Source: Fimicolochytrium jonesii (lineage: Eukaryota). Taken from it: a stretch of DNA of 44,081 bases. The notes under the pieces were generated by a model. It saw nothing but the letters and a program-made list of their open reading frames with translations. It ran no database searches and had not been told where the DNA came from. Location: the NCBI RefSeq assembly GCF_025526975.1, contig NW_026515672.1, positions 1,178,001-1,222,081 on the forward strand, written 5' to 3'. Positions 1 to 16,838 of the stretch are shown here, one piece after another. A program made the translations under genes and the position numbers. The stretch's first letter is position 1. The number at the start of each line of letters is the position of its first letter.

Positions 1-178
1 TTTTGGTGGCTTGTGATTGTTTGTTGGCGATGCTCCGTGCGGCGAGGGCGGATGCGCTGAGGGCTTGGGAGAGTTTGCGTTTTGGCGGCTGTTTTTGTTG
101 GAGAGCGGATGCGGGTGGTGCGGGTGCCGCTGATGGTGGCCCTGGTGCGGATGTTGACGATGACTGTTGTTCTGGCAT
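1..178 (-). CDS. 5' end of an unidentified gene running off the left edge, divergent from PNO1
   Basis: ATG at 178 (minus) opens MPEQQSSSTSAPGPPSAAPAPPASALQQKQPPKRKLSQALSASALAARSIANKQSQATK with no stop before position 1; KRK may be an NLS. No domain recognisable. Confidence 0.55.
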   Translation of the reverse strand, partial: MPEQQSSSTSAPGPPSAAPAPPASALQQKQPPKRKLSQALSASALAARSIANKQSQATK

Positions 179-457
179 TTTGGGGTTGATGATGCTGCCT
201 GTTGGTGAAGGTTTTGAGCCTCGAAAGTCGGCAGAACGGCAGGTTGGAAGAGCAAGCCACTTAAAAAGAGTCTCATGCACGTGACACCCCGTGACCTCCC
301 CGCAACTTGCCCTTTTTCGCAACTTCAAACTCCCTACGAACTTTTTTTCGTATCGAGCTCAAACGACCCATTTCCTTGAAGAAGCATAACGGACGCAGCG
401 GCAGTAAACAACCAATCTCCACTCAACCACATATACAAAACCTACGACAGAGCAGCA

Positions 458-1618
458 ATGGGCAGAGTAACCGCCACCAAACCCGCCAAAAAGGCGCCAA
501 AAACAAGTGCCCCCGAAGACGCAATGGACACCTCCGACGACCTTATCACCATACCCGGCTCCACAACCACAACAACAACAGCAGCAGCAGCAGCGGCGGC
601 CCCATCACCACATACAACCGACGCCATGGACACAGATACACCCACGCCCCAGACGGATAAGCCAAAGTTTAAGAAAGTGAAGCCGTCGGAGCTTTTGGTA
701 TGTTTTGGGGAATGAATGGGAAAAGGTGAACTGCAGTGGGTGGGGAGAGGTATCTTTTTCGGCCCCAAGCTGGGAGTGATGATTCCAATATAGAGTCAAG
801 CCCTGAGTTTTTTCAGGTACTGGGGAGGTGCCGGCTTATATACGGACCTTACTCGGTGCCTTTGATGAGAGCACTTCATACCTGACCCGCTTGGAGAAGA
901 GAGAATGCCTCGTCCCACCCCTGCAATCTATTCCCGCACAGACAGTGACAAGGGACAGTCTAACTCATCCGTGTGTTTCTAGTCAGGAAAACAAGAATCT
1001 CGCAAAGTACCCGTGCCCCCACACCGCATCACCCCGATCCAGAAGGACTGGATCAAGATCTACTCCCCGCTCGTGGAGCACATGAAGCTGCAGGTGCGGA
1101 TGAACCTGAAAGCCAAAGCCGTCGAGATGCGGACGTGCAAGCAGACCGAGGACGCTGGGGCGTTGCAGAAGAGTGCGGATTTTGTGAAGGCCTATTGTTT
1201 GGGGTTTGAGATTGATGTGAGTGAGCCGTTTTATCAATCAATTCAATCGAGCAAAGATCTGTATCCACATGTTCTCATCACCTCCTCGGTATCCCGATAG
1301 GACGCCATCGCCCTCCTCCGTCTCGACGACCTCTACCTCGACACCTTCGAAATCAAGGACGTTAAAACCCTCACCGGCGACAACCTCTCCCGCGCCATCG
1401 GCCGCATCGTCGGCAAAGACGGCAAAACCAAATTCGCTATTGAAAACACATCCCGCACCCGTGTCGTCATCGCTGACACCAAGATACATATCCTTGGGTC
1501 GTTTGCGAATATCAGAGTGGCGAGAGATGCGATTGTGAGTTTGATTTTGGGAAGCACGCCGGGGAAGGTGTATTCTCAGTTGAGGACTGTTAGTTCGAGG
1601 ATGAAGGAGAGGTTTTGA
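458..1618 (+). CDS. PNO1: Pre-rRNA processing KH-domain protein Pno1/Dim2 (exons 458-697, 983-1216, 1301-1618; 263 aa)
   Basis: Spliced product has [74 protein letters not shown] and ends MKERF*; both introns GT-AG, phase 0. Confidence 0.96.
765..894 (+). ncRNA. Intronic box C/D snoRNA in PNO1 intron 1; D' guide matches the LSU rRNA site equivalent to yeast Um2417 (snR66 target)
   Basis: Box C GTGATGA 776-782, D' CTGA 803-806, C' TGATGA 863-868, D CTGA 882-885; terminal stem CCAAGC(T)GGG / CCCGCTTGG. Guide TAGAGTCAAGC (791-801) is the reverse complement of conserved LSU GCUUGACUCUA. The host intron (285 nt) is much longer than most here. Confidence 0.9.
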
Positions 1619-2062
1619 GACATCTCGCTTTTCTCGCTCTGTCTATGCGTGCGAATACAAGGGGGTTGCTTGCGAGACGAGCCACTCCCCCCCTGTTTTT
1701 GCTTCTTGTCGTAGCGGAATCACATTTTGGCAACCCACCCACCCGCAACCATCTTTTGTATCTAGTTTACTTATACCTCATCCTCACACGGCGGGTGCAA
1801 CACAACTCTCCCCTCCCCCCAACCTGTGTAATTTATAGCTATTCACATTATCATTATGCATATATGTACGTCCGAAGCTATAGAGTACCACAGAGGACCG
1901 TTTATTCTATTCTTCCTATGCCCGCAAAAACGAGCTATGCTCGTGTGAGATACCTCAACACCCCCGTTCGCACGCCCTCATTTGGGAACCTCGCGCACGA
2001 ACACCAACACCATCATTGGACACTCTAAAAAAGTGGCCCTCAACATGTGTCGATCTTCGTTC

Positions 2063-3623
2063 CTACGCAGCAGCAGCAGCCGCCGCAGCAGCCTCCTGAA
2101 TCGTCCGCGGCATACGTCTCCTATCCGGCTCCACGACACTGCAAAGCCAAACAAACTCAACATCCACACATCCGTACAAGAACCACCTCAGATACGAGGT
2201 TCACTCACCGTTCCCGTGCGCCTTCGCTCCTCAACACATCGGCGGAGTAGTACCGCCCGACGACCCGGCGGTCTTCCAGCACGGGGTACCGGGCGATGAA
2301 ATCCAGAAAGTCTTCGTTTTGGTTCACCGCCGGTGTTATTCTGGTGGTGCTGTTCGGCGCCGAGCGTGATGCGTCCGGTGGGGTTGGCGGAGGTGACGAG
2401 GAAGATGAGGATGCGGATGCGGAGGAGTGAAGATGGTGATCTTTCAAGGCGAGATCGATCAGGTGGAGGTAGAACCAGGTGATGGTTTCGTTGTAGCCGT
2501 GTTTGATGAGGTGGGCGTTTGCGGCGTTGTGGGTTTGGATTGCTTTTCTGGGGTTGTGAGGGGGGAGGTTAGAGGGTGGGCAAATGGGGGAAGAGGGTGG
2601 GTGGGAAGACAGGAGCACGTACTTGATTTTGGGGAATGCGTCTTCCTTTTTGGTCGATTCGCGGAGGTAGATCCATGCCATCCTAGGAAACCCACAAGTG
2701 GTTAGCACGGGGTATTGCACCATGAAGTAAAAGGCTCCCAAATGAAAGACGGCAGCCCCACCTCAAATGCGCACGATGCGTCCACTCCCTAAACGACAAA
2801 CCCCCCTTCTCCAACCGCTCCATGAACACCTCATCCCCCACACTCCTATACGAACTCTCATAATACACCAACGGCTCCATGCTCGTCTCCCCACTCACAC
2901 TGCCCACGCCAGGTACAATCCTCACCACCTCGCCAAACCACACTTCATGATCCCCGACCTGCACGCGTTTGTCCTTACACACTCTACATATCAGCACGCC
3001 GAGGCAGTTATGGAGGATGGGGAGGGAGGTGCAGGCGTCGATGTGGTGGGGGAAGGCTGAGAGGTCGTGTTGGGTACGTGGGGAGGAGAAGGCGAGGGAG
3101 GCGGCGGTTTGGTGTTTGGAGAGGATGTGGACGGCGAAATCGCCGGTTGGGTGGGTTGTGAGGACGTGCGAGGTGCGGGAGGGGGTACGCACGCAGAAGG
3201 AGATGATGGGGGGTGTGAGGGAGACGGAGGTGAAGGAGCTGCAGGTTGTGCCGAGGTGCGTGGTGGGAGTTGAGGGGGTGTTGAGCGTTACTACTACCAC
3301 TGAGAGAAGAAGGGAGGGTTAGAGCGACGGCAGGAGTCGGAGTTCGGGTTGAGACCCCTCATCGAACCTTGCGAAGGAACCTTCCGCATGACAGACCGGA
3401 GCTCGGCAGGCGTTATCTGCGGTGCTGCTGCTTCTGTATCGGGGTCGGCTCGTGCTGCTGTTTGGCTGAATGCTCGCCATCGGGTGCAGATCGTTGGCGG
3501 TGGTGATGGGGCAGGCTCTGGACTACGATGCCGCCGCGTTATCGCTGAGGCGCTGGGTAGACTCCGGCGGCATCGAGTTAGCCGGACGGTTAGTATCTGG
3601 AGACTTCTGTGTAGTGGAGACAT
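2063..3623 (-). CDS. Flavin reductase-like domain fused to an uncharacterised C-terminal domain; probable mitochondrial presequence (exons 3623-3368, 3299-2762, 2682-2623, 2547-2209, 2138-2063)
   Basis: LRSVMRKVPSQVVVVT, GTTCSSFTSVSLTPPIISFCV, FAVHILS, VQVGDHEVWFGEV, PLVYYESSY are flavin-reductase motifs; followed by WTHRAHLRMAWIYL..GYNETITWFY..YYSADVLRSEGAR..VVEPD. All introns GT-AG with consistent phase; N-terminus Arg/Ser-rich. Confidence 0.85.
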
Positions 3624-3940
3624 CGTGCGGTGTCGACGGCGAAGTGGAGGATGGGCAGGCCAGGAGTGAATTCTATCCTCCTGGGAGTTGCAGGAGGGGG
3701 GGGGAGTGACGTGTTGACGGGGTCGCGCACGGCATTCGGCAAGCTCCGACTGGGCGTTTCCCTCAGGGGCAAAGAAAGACATGCCCACAGATGGAGGCTG
3801 GACCTTCCACGGTACGCCTGCTGGACATCCCCCCCCCCCCCCGCCCTCAACCTCGCAGGTTGAATTCTCATGCAACCTAGCATCACACCCTTCATAAGAA
3901 AACCTACACATCTGAACTCTTTGCAACTCATCAGCCGAAA

Positions 3941-6900
3941 ATGTCGACAACCCACTTCCAAGAAACAGCCCTAGAGCACCGCTCCTCCCTCGGCAGCTCC
4001 ACCTCCCTCCTCCGTAAACACCCCCACCAATCCTCCAACCCCTCCCTCCCCCGCGCCCAAGGCAGTCTCCGCGCCTACCACTCCGACATCTCCCTCGCCC
4101 CTGGCGGCGCCTGGGCCGCACGTCTCTCCCGCTCGACCTCCAACATCAGCGACGACTCCACCGCATCCTCATCCGCCCTGCAACGCTCCCATTCCCTCCT
4201 GGATGATCTGGACGCCGAGGAGCAGCATACGTGTGCGGAGATCTTGCTGGCGGCTGAGACGCTGGAGAATATGGTTAATGAGAGCGTGTTTGTGGGGGCG
4301 GCGCCGTATCGGAAGATGAAGAGCGGGAATTTAGGGCAAAGTGCGCTTTGGAGAGACAATATGGGGGATAAGGTGCTGAAGTTGGTGTATGGGACTATGA
4401 AATGTAAGGGTTGCTTCCGCTTCATGCGCTCGGCTCATTTCTTCTGGCCTTGCAGCTAATGGATATCTGTACGACCCATAGATCTGCCGTACATCGACAC
4501 GATTCTCGTAAAAACCCAGTTCCTTGTATACAACAACGAGGTAAACTGATAATGCATGCCGACTGAGCCAAGCCAAGTATCTCACTACCATCTTCCACCA
4601 CCACAGTTCCTAAACCAACTCGCCATCGTGAAGATTATGATCTACGACCTCATGAAAAACCACTTCGACTACCACAAATACCCCGGCATCGACTACACCC
4701 TCCCCGCCGACGCCCTTCCCACCGACAAAGACCACTTCGAGCTCGTCAAAGAGCTCGACCAGACTCTGCGCGGGTTCCAAGTCAAACTGGCCGCCGCGTA
4801 CGCCCGCGTGCGGATCGCGCGGAAGGCGAGCGGGAACACGAGTAAGGAGCAGATGGAGAATGTGTTGCCGGAGGGGATACGGAGGAAGGAGTACATTGCG
4901 GGGGATATGCCGAAGTGTTTGAGGGTGAATCATTTCAAGACGACGGTGGGGAGGGTTTTGGGGGAGCTGGAGGCTGCGTTGGGGAGTGAGAGGTGCGTAA
5001 AGGAGAAAACACAAACGGCTGGGTGTTGGTATTGGGGTAGTGGGGAGCCTGGGACTGATGTGTGTGTGTGTTCTTTTTTGGTAGCTTTCAGCAAGGAGTG
5101 GTCATCGACCCAGACTTCCAGGATCTGATCGTAGTTTCGCCGGACTGCTTTGCGGAAATCAAAGCCAGCAAGGCTGTCACTGAGGGCCGTTTGATCGTTG
5201 AGGTAGGGCCATCGTCTGCTCCGGAAGGGGTCGAGACCGATCTTTAAGATCTCCGCAACCTTCAGGACAAATCTAGCTTCTGGCTCCCCCAACACGTCCG
5301 CTCCATCCTCCCCGACCTCAACCTCGAAGAATCCCAACCCATTCAAGTCCTCGATGCTCGCGCTGGCTGCGGTAACGAGTTTGTTTTTCCCATCCACGTC
5401 CATCAACCCCTTATTCTTCCCACACTCACTCTTCTCTTGAAAAATTACACAGGCATCAAAGCCCTCCATCTCGCATCCCTCCTCAGCGAATCCGGCACCG
5501 TCTTTGCCTGCGAAGCGCGGACTGGGAGGTTGGAGACGCTGAAATTGCATAAGGAGATTCAGGGGTGTCAGAGTAAGCCCCTCCCAAAACCCATATTATC
5601 CTCGGACCCCCTCTTTAGTTGGCAAACGCCTGACGTTAGCTCTCTGGATATATAGATTTGGAAATAATCGAGTCAGAATTTACCACCCTCGACCCCCTGG
5701 ACCCCAAATTCGCCAACGTGTCGGTCATCATCGTCGAGCCGTTGAACTCGGGGACGGGGATACTCGACAAACTAGGGTATCTGCTGCAAGAGGAGGGTAA
5801 TGCTTTGCGGGTTTTGCGTTCTGAGGATAACTTTCGGTGGTTCTGACTTGGGGTTGATGTCCGCAGAGTACTCGAGCGAACAGTACTCGCAAAAAGACCT
5901 CTGGGCACTCAAATCCCAGCAGCTAGCCACGCTTCGGCACGCCTTTTCGTGTAAGACCAACACTCCAATTCCCCACCAACATCACCATCGCATGTCGCTA
6001 ACCCACATCCCACTCCCAGTCCCAAACATAAAAGCAGTAACCTACGTAACCCGCTCCATCAACGCCGAAGAGAACGAGGAGGTTGTGCGCGAGACATTGG
6101 AGGCTCTCGATGATGCGTGGGAGCTTGGGTGTGTGTTGCCGGAGGTGCCTGTTGAGCGGAACCAGGAATATGAGATTGGTAAGGAGACTCTCATGCCATC
6201 ACCATCTTAGTCCATTCGTACTCAGATCCATCCATGCATACTGATCAATATCCAACCCACTCTGTAGAGGAATGCCTAAAAATCACCCCCTCAGAAGCAA
6301 CCGGCAACGGCATCTTCATCGCCTCCTTCCACCCCACCCCGCCCTCCCCTCCCACTCCCCCAGAAGAAGTCGATCCGTTAACCAACCCCACCGACCTCGA
6401 CACCCCCCAAAAACGGCGGAGGAAACGCAAACCCCACATCCGCCGTAAAGGCGAGCTGTTCGAGCCCCGCCTGACGAAAGCGATGGCGGCCAGTGTCGCG
6501 CGGTTGAGTCTGCCGCGGGGGTTGAGTACGACTCGCGTGGTGGGGCCGGCGGGCGAGCAAGGGGCGGGGAGTACGCAGAATCTCGCGGGCGCGGCGGAGG
6601 GCGATCATAACCCCACCCTCAATCCCGCTGTTACGGATCCCGCGGATGCGTCAGATGCGAAAGAGAAAGAGAAAGCACCGCCGCGAAAAGCGAAACAAGC
6701 CGCCCCGTCATGGCAGAAACAGATGGGGATCTACGGGCTGAGTTTGGCGAATTTCTGGGGCCCGAGGGATGCTGCGTACAGGACGATGAACGCCGGCGGC
6801 GGGAAGTGGGTTAGTGCGCCCAAGTTGGTTTCGTACCCGGTGAGTGAGATGGGAGACGGGTGATGTGCGATCTGGGTTTTTGCGATGGCATTTTTCTGAT

Positions 6901-6958
6901 CTGTGGATTCTTTCCTTTTGATGTGATGAAGGTCCCGAATCCAAAACCGTGGAAATGA
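3941..6958 (+). CDS. NSUN7: NSUN7-like NOL1/NOP2/Sun family protein, multi-exon, probably catalytically inactive
   Basis: Exons give LVYGTMKY, IMIYDL, LAAAYARVRI, LRVNHFK, DKSS, VLDARAGCGN (motif I), FACE, TYVTRSINAEENEEVV, GNGIFIA. The N-terminal half resembles NSUN7 more than NSUN5. Last exon 6932-6958 (VPNPKPWK*) is inferred. Confidence 0.75.
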
Positions 6959-7513
6959 CCCTTTTTTCGTCCAATGTATATATATCCTTTGAACGGATTG
7001 ACGGGACGCACCTATTTCCATATCGTTTTGTTTTGTATGTGGGCGAAGCTTCCACTTCGTTCTTGCTTTATCCCGTCTTTCGTCCCGCCCGGTAAAAAAA
7101 AGTGGGCCTCCTTTTATTTCGCTGAACCGGAACAAAGAGCCGCACCTTTTTGCCTCACGGTGAGCCTCACATGTCGAATTTGGGTTGATGGGTCGGTGAA
7201 CATATTCCCTAATTTTTGGGTAGGTTATTGGCATACCACATGTTGCTGGTAAATCAATTGTTACGTCCATTACTGCTTCCATTGTTTGTCGACGGTGTGT
7301 TCTATGCGGGCTATACCCGTGACCACATCTTTGCGAGGCGGCCACCGATGCAGTCGGTTCCGAAAGGAGATGAACTTCGCAAATGCCGTTGTCCGAGGAC
7401 TCCTGACCTCGGCAGTCCATGATCATCCACATTCTAGATTGAAACTATGTACATCCCAAAATACCAGCAATCTAACCGCATCTACAATACGCCACAGAAG
7501 AAAAACCAACCAC

Positions 7514-10500
7514 TCACACCTTCGCCAACTCCCTAACCTCCCTCAACTCACCCTCCCGAAAATGTTTTTCCAGCCTGTCCAAAACCACTTTCACCTTCTT
7601 CTCCGCGCCCTCCCCTTGCATAACCATCCCTACGAGATTCCTCAAGATCTTCTGATCCACCTTATCTAGCTTGCGCGACTCCTTCAGCTCCTTCCACCAT
7701 ACCACAGCGTCGACGGCCTCTGTGACGTGTCCAAGCCTCACGAGGGCCTCGACGTATGAGCAGACCTCGTTGTCTTCGAGTTGTGTCCGGGTGGATTTGC
7801 GGCTGCGTTGGATGGCGCTCCAGGCGTCGTTGACGCGGTCGGCGGTGGAGAGGAGACCGAGGCCGTCGAGGTAAAGCGAGACGGCCGCGCCGGGGAGGTT
7901 GGGGTCGAAATAGGCAGTCTTTCTCACTTTGTGTGGCGGGCGGCCGGGCCAGGAAGCCTCCTGCAGCCACTGCCAGCACTTTTCGAGTTCCTCGAGATTG
8001 CGGGTCCTGACGTAGGCGTCCATCAAGCAGACCACGTGTCCCACTTGGACAGGGACGCCTCTAGAAATCATCTCGTCGATGTAGCTTTGCATTTCCGTCA
8101 CCTTCCCTGCCTTTGCCAACGCGTTAAGAATGACGTGGAAGGTGATTTCGTTCGGCCGCATGCCGGTCTCGTCCATGATTTCCAGAACGGAGCGCATGTC
8201 GTCGAATTTGCCCTGTTTGCCGTATGTCGCGAGGAGGAGGGTGCTGGCATGCACGTTCAGCGGGACGCCACTGTCCATGAATGTTTCGAGCCATTTGTCG
8301 AGTTCGGCGTCGGTGTTGCCATCGGGTAACGCTGTCCGCTGACTGAATCCAAGCATCACAGCGTGGGCAGCTTGTTCGCCGACGTCGCCCGTGGTTGGCA
8401 TGGATGCATAGTATTCGCGGGCTTGAGCGTCGCGACTGGTGCGGCACATCCAGGTCAAAAGAATGCAGTGCGTCGCGATACTTGGCGGGATCCCGGCTTC
8501 TTTCATGGCAGCGACCCATCGCGCAACACCTTCCGCATCATCCGCGTCCGCATGTCCTCTGATTAACGTCATGTACGTAATGGCATCAGGCTCAAATGCA
8601 TTGGCGGCCCCAAAACTTTGCTTGTGCGTGAACCACTGTTCGGCACCCTTCAAGTCACCAGCCTTGTAGAAGGCCAATAACAAGGCATTGTGCGTCTCCA
8701 CGACAGGCGTGATCCCTCTCACGAGCATACGATTCCACGTCTGCAACGCCTCCTTCAATTGACCATTCTTACCCAGCGCCGCAATGCACGTCGTGTACGG
8801 GACGTGGTCAACAATGCGAGACGTGGGGTCGATGTTCGACTTCGACTCGATTGCCTTCAACAACTCGATCGCACTGGACTTCGCTCTTGACGTTCCGACA
8901 TTCCCGTACCCTTCCATGAGAAGGACATAAGTGAGCTGGTTGGTCCGGATGCGACTGGTTGCATAGTCGGGCTTCCACTTTATCAATTTCCGGCGCCACC
9001 TACGGGCGCCTTTCATGTCGAGTTGATCGACACGGGCTTTGATGATGGCGTTCAGAAAGCCAGCGTCGAGATTGACGCGTCGTTTTTGTATCTCTTCAAG
9101 CAGGTTCTCAATGTCCTCGTCAGTGCCGATGCGGGCGTATGCGCCAACTACGCTCGTGTAAGTGTGCACAGTAGGTGTGATCCCTGCCTCATCCATGTCT
9201 TTCAAGAGGCTTTCGGCTTTTTTCAGATCATTAAGGCGCGCAAAGTGGTGGATAAGGACATGATACGTGATCTGATTCGGTTTGAAATCCGGATGTGCAT
9301 TCATATCGTCAAAAAGCGCTAGAGCTTCTTTCACTTCAGATTTTGCTAAACGCTCCTGTATCTCCATCGTTCTCCGCTTGATCTCCTCGTCATTTTCAGC
9401 TGATCCAGATGTCGCGTGCTTGCCAGTTAATCGAGATGTAAACAGCAATCGGTCCTTGGTATGAGCCAAGGAGCGAGGAGTTCCAATCTTCGCTAGAGAA
9501 CTCCTTGCGGTATTGCCGGGAATGTGGATCCCCCATTTTTGTTCAGCTCGTTCTACCAAGCGCTTGCCTTCCTCCAAACTTGCACTACCCTCGATCAACA
9601 GCGCGACAGTCGACACAAAAGGTTTGATGCCTCTCTCCCAGTAGCGTTCAGCATAAGCTCGAGCTTCTTCCGTCCGTCCAGCGTTGGTAGCAGCTAGAAC
9701 TACAGCGTGAAGGGTGAATTCATCTGTGACCACAGACCCCTCGTGTTCCCCGATGAGCTTCTCCACAGCCGCGAAGTCTCCGACTTTCGCAATGCTGCTT
9801 GCGAGGACGTTGACCATCCTAATCGATGTGGCGACTCCTTTCTCAATCAGCTGTTTGTAAACCTCACGAACACTTTCGAGCTGTGCGACACTGCCCTGGG
9901 TCACTTTGCCTGCCAGGGACATCATTCGTGCCCCTACGTCCGCCGCGGCAACCGCAAGCCCCTTGTCTTGGAGCATGTCGTCGATAAGCTCGTACGCCTG
10001 TTTCCAATCTCCATTATCACACGCAACTTCAATGAGTTTAAGGTAGCTCGACTTTGGCAGCGTAACGTTCCGCCGGCGGGAGGCTTCGAAGACCTTCCGT
10101 GCCTCATATTGCCGGTTCCCACTCGTGCAATGGAAAACGAGACCGCTGAATGCACCGGGCGAAAGGGCATAGCCTTCGGCCTCCGCGGTCACAAAGAGAT
10201 CATAGGCACGGGTGACGTCCGGTGGTTGGCGATCCAGGGCGTCCCGGATGTCGCGGCTGTATTTCTTCCCAAAGGCCTGATGCCGATTCTTCTTGGCAAA
10301 CTCAACTCGGCGCTTCACGTCCGCGTCATCGTTCAACCGATCCTTGTACTGCCTTGATCTTGCGAATCGTTCCAGGGCATATATCTCTTCAGCTTGTCGC
10401 GTCGAGTCGAAGGCAAGGACTGTCACTTCGTAATCTTCGACTGTATCGTAGTTGAGCGAGCAGAGGAGTCGATACACATCAAGACCGTACCGAAGCCGGC

Positions 10501-11658
10501 CGGGTTGAGCCTCAATGAAGGCTCTGAGGAGCGCCCGGAGACAATCTGACGTGAACGTCCGGTTGATGAGGGCAGAGTCCAACTCCATTACATTCTTGAA
10601 ACCGTGCTTCTCGAGTACGCCCGTGAGCGCCGATTCGTCCATGGAGCGCAGGTGACTGCAAACCAGCGCCTTCCACGCCGCGATATATCCCAGCCTCAAA
10701 GTCTTCTCGGTCAGCATTTCGGTCTGGTACTCCGTCCGCTGCAAAAGCTCCCAACATTTCGCCGTCCCTTCCCAATCCCAGTTCTTTGCGAGCGCAATAG
10801 CGAGCAGACAAATGGTTTCGTGTTTGGGCTTTCTGGGTTTCGTAAAAGCAAAATGCACCACGTCTTGCGCCGCTGCCATGTTACCCGCGTAGACATTCGC
10901 AGCCACGACGTAATGATAGTCATCAGCCGACGGCGAGACGCCGTACCGCCGGTGCGCCTCCCCAACAACCAGCGCAGTGGCCTTCTGGATATTCTCCTGA
11001 TTGTTTCGTTGCGCGGCTCGCTCCTTCTTGTTGTCAACGAGGCCAAATACATCAAAGAACTGTCCACGCGAATAGGACGATGTTGTCAAGGTCTCGATAA
11101 GGGCCGCCAACAGCTGCTTCTTGATTTGATGAAGATACCTCACTCGCACTTCACCACGGCCCGCAGTCTCTTCGATTTTGGTCGACTGCGCATGCGCTTT
11201 GTCCAGTAAGGTCTCGATCTGCTGGGACTGCAACGTCCGAAGACGGTCTCTGAAACGAGTGTCTGGCAATCCGGGATCGGCCATCTGGCGGGCTTTTGAA
11301 AGTTTCTCCTCCGCATCGGACGCCAGTAATCGGGAGAAATAGTCGATGATATCTCGGCCTCGTTTCAACTCTGCAGAACGAAACGAGGGTCGTTTCAGCA
11401 ATAATCCATGAAGTGAACAACCTCAATGTGGAACTCACCATTGAGCGGGTTCCTACGGACGGGACTAATAGGCCCCTGATGTACTGTATTGTTGCTCGTC
11501 ACAAGCGCCGTAGGCGGTGCATCCGTCGTTTCCAACCCTACTGATTGGCGGTGGGGCGCGAAAGTGGTGAAACCCGCATACTCTGGGTTGTGAAGACGAC
11601 GGTGAGGAACTCTTGTCAACAGACATCCCGTACAATTCCTTTGGAGTGGCCTGAACAT
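7514..11658 (-). CDS. Large pentatricopeptide-repeat (PPR) protein, probably mitochondrial (exons 11658-11439, 11370-7514)
   Basis: About 1,290 uninterrupted codons with many 35-aa PPR units (e.g. PNQITYHVLIHHFARLNDLKKAESLLKDMDEAGIT; PNEITFHVILNALAKAGKVTEMQSYIDEMISRGV). The upstream exon starts MFRPLQRNCTGCLLTRVPHRRLH (presequence-like) and joins via a 68-nt GTGAGT..CAG intron. Confidence 0.9.
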
Positions 11659-11981
11659 TGTATGGCCGGCCACTGTTGTCCGGAACAGTCAATGGAAAGT
11701 GAGACGAGCGGGATTCCAATATGCTTCGTTCTACAGCTGCTGGTAATCCTCAGTTGGACAGACTCGTCTTCCGACCGACCGAACCACCTGCCAAGCACCC
11801 TACTCCGTGCAGCTCCCTAGAGGTTGGACTAAGTTACTCCAGAGGGTGAAATTCGACCAATCGAGGCCTGATCGAGGCGTGGGAACCTTTGGCACGCGCG
11901 GATTGTGAAGAGTCGAACTCCTGAAGCTCAATTCCGAAATCTTCTGGCAACCTCCTGGCGACCTCAAATGTACTCGCAGCT

Positions 11982-16838
<4,857 letters not shown>

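Noticed and set aside
3294..4121. 275-aa minus-strand ORF
   Set aside because: Only 3623-3368 fits the flavin-reductase exon 1; the rest is promoter and antisense of NSUN7-like exon 1.
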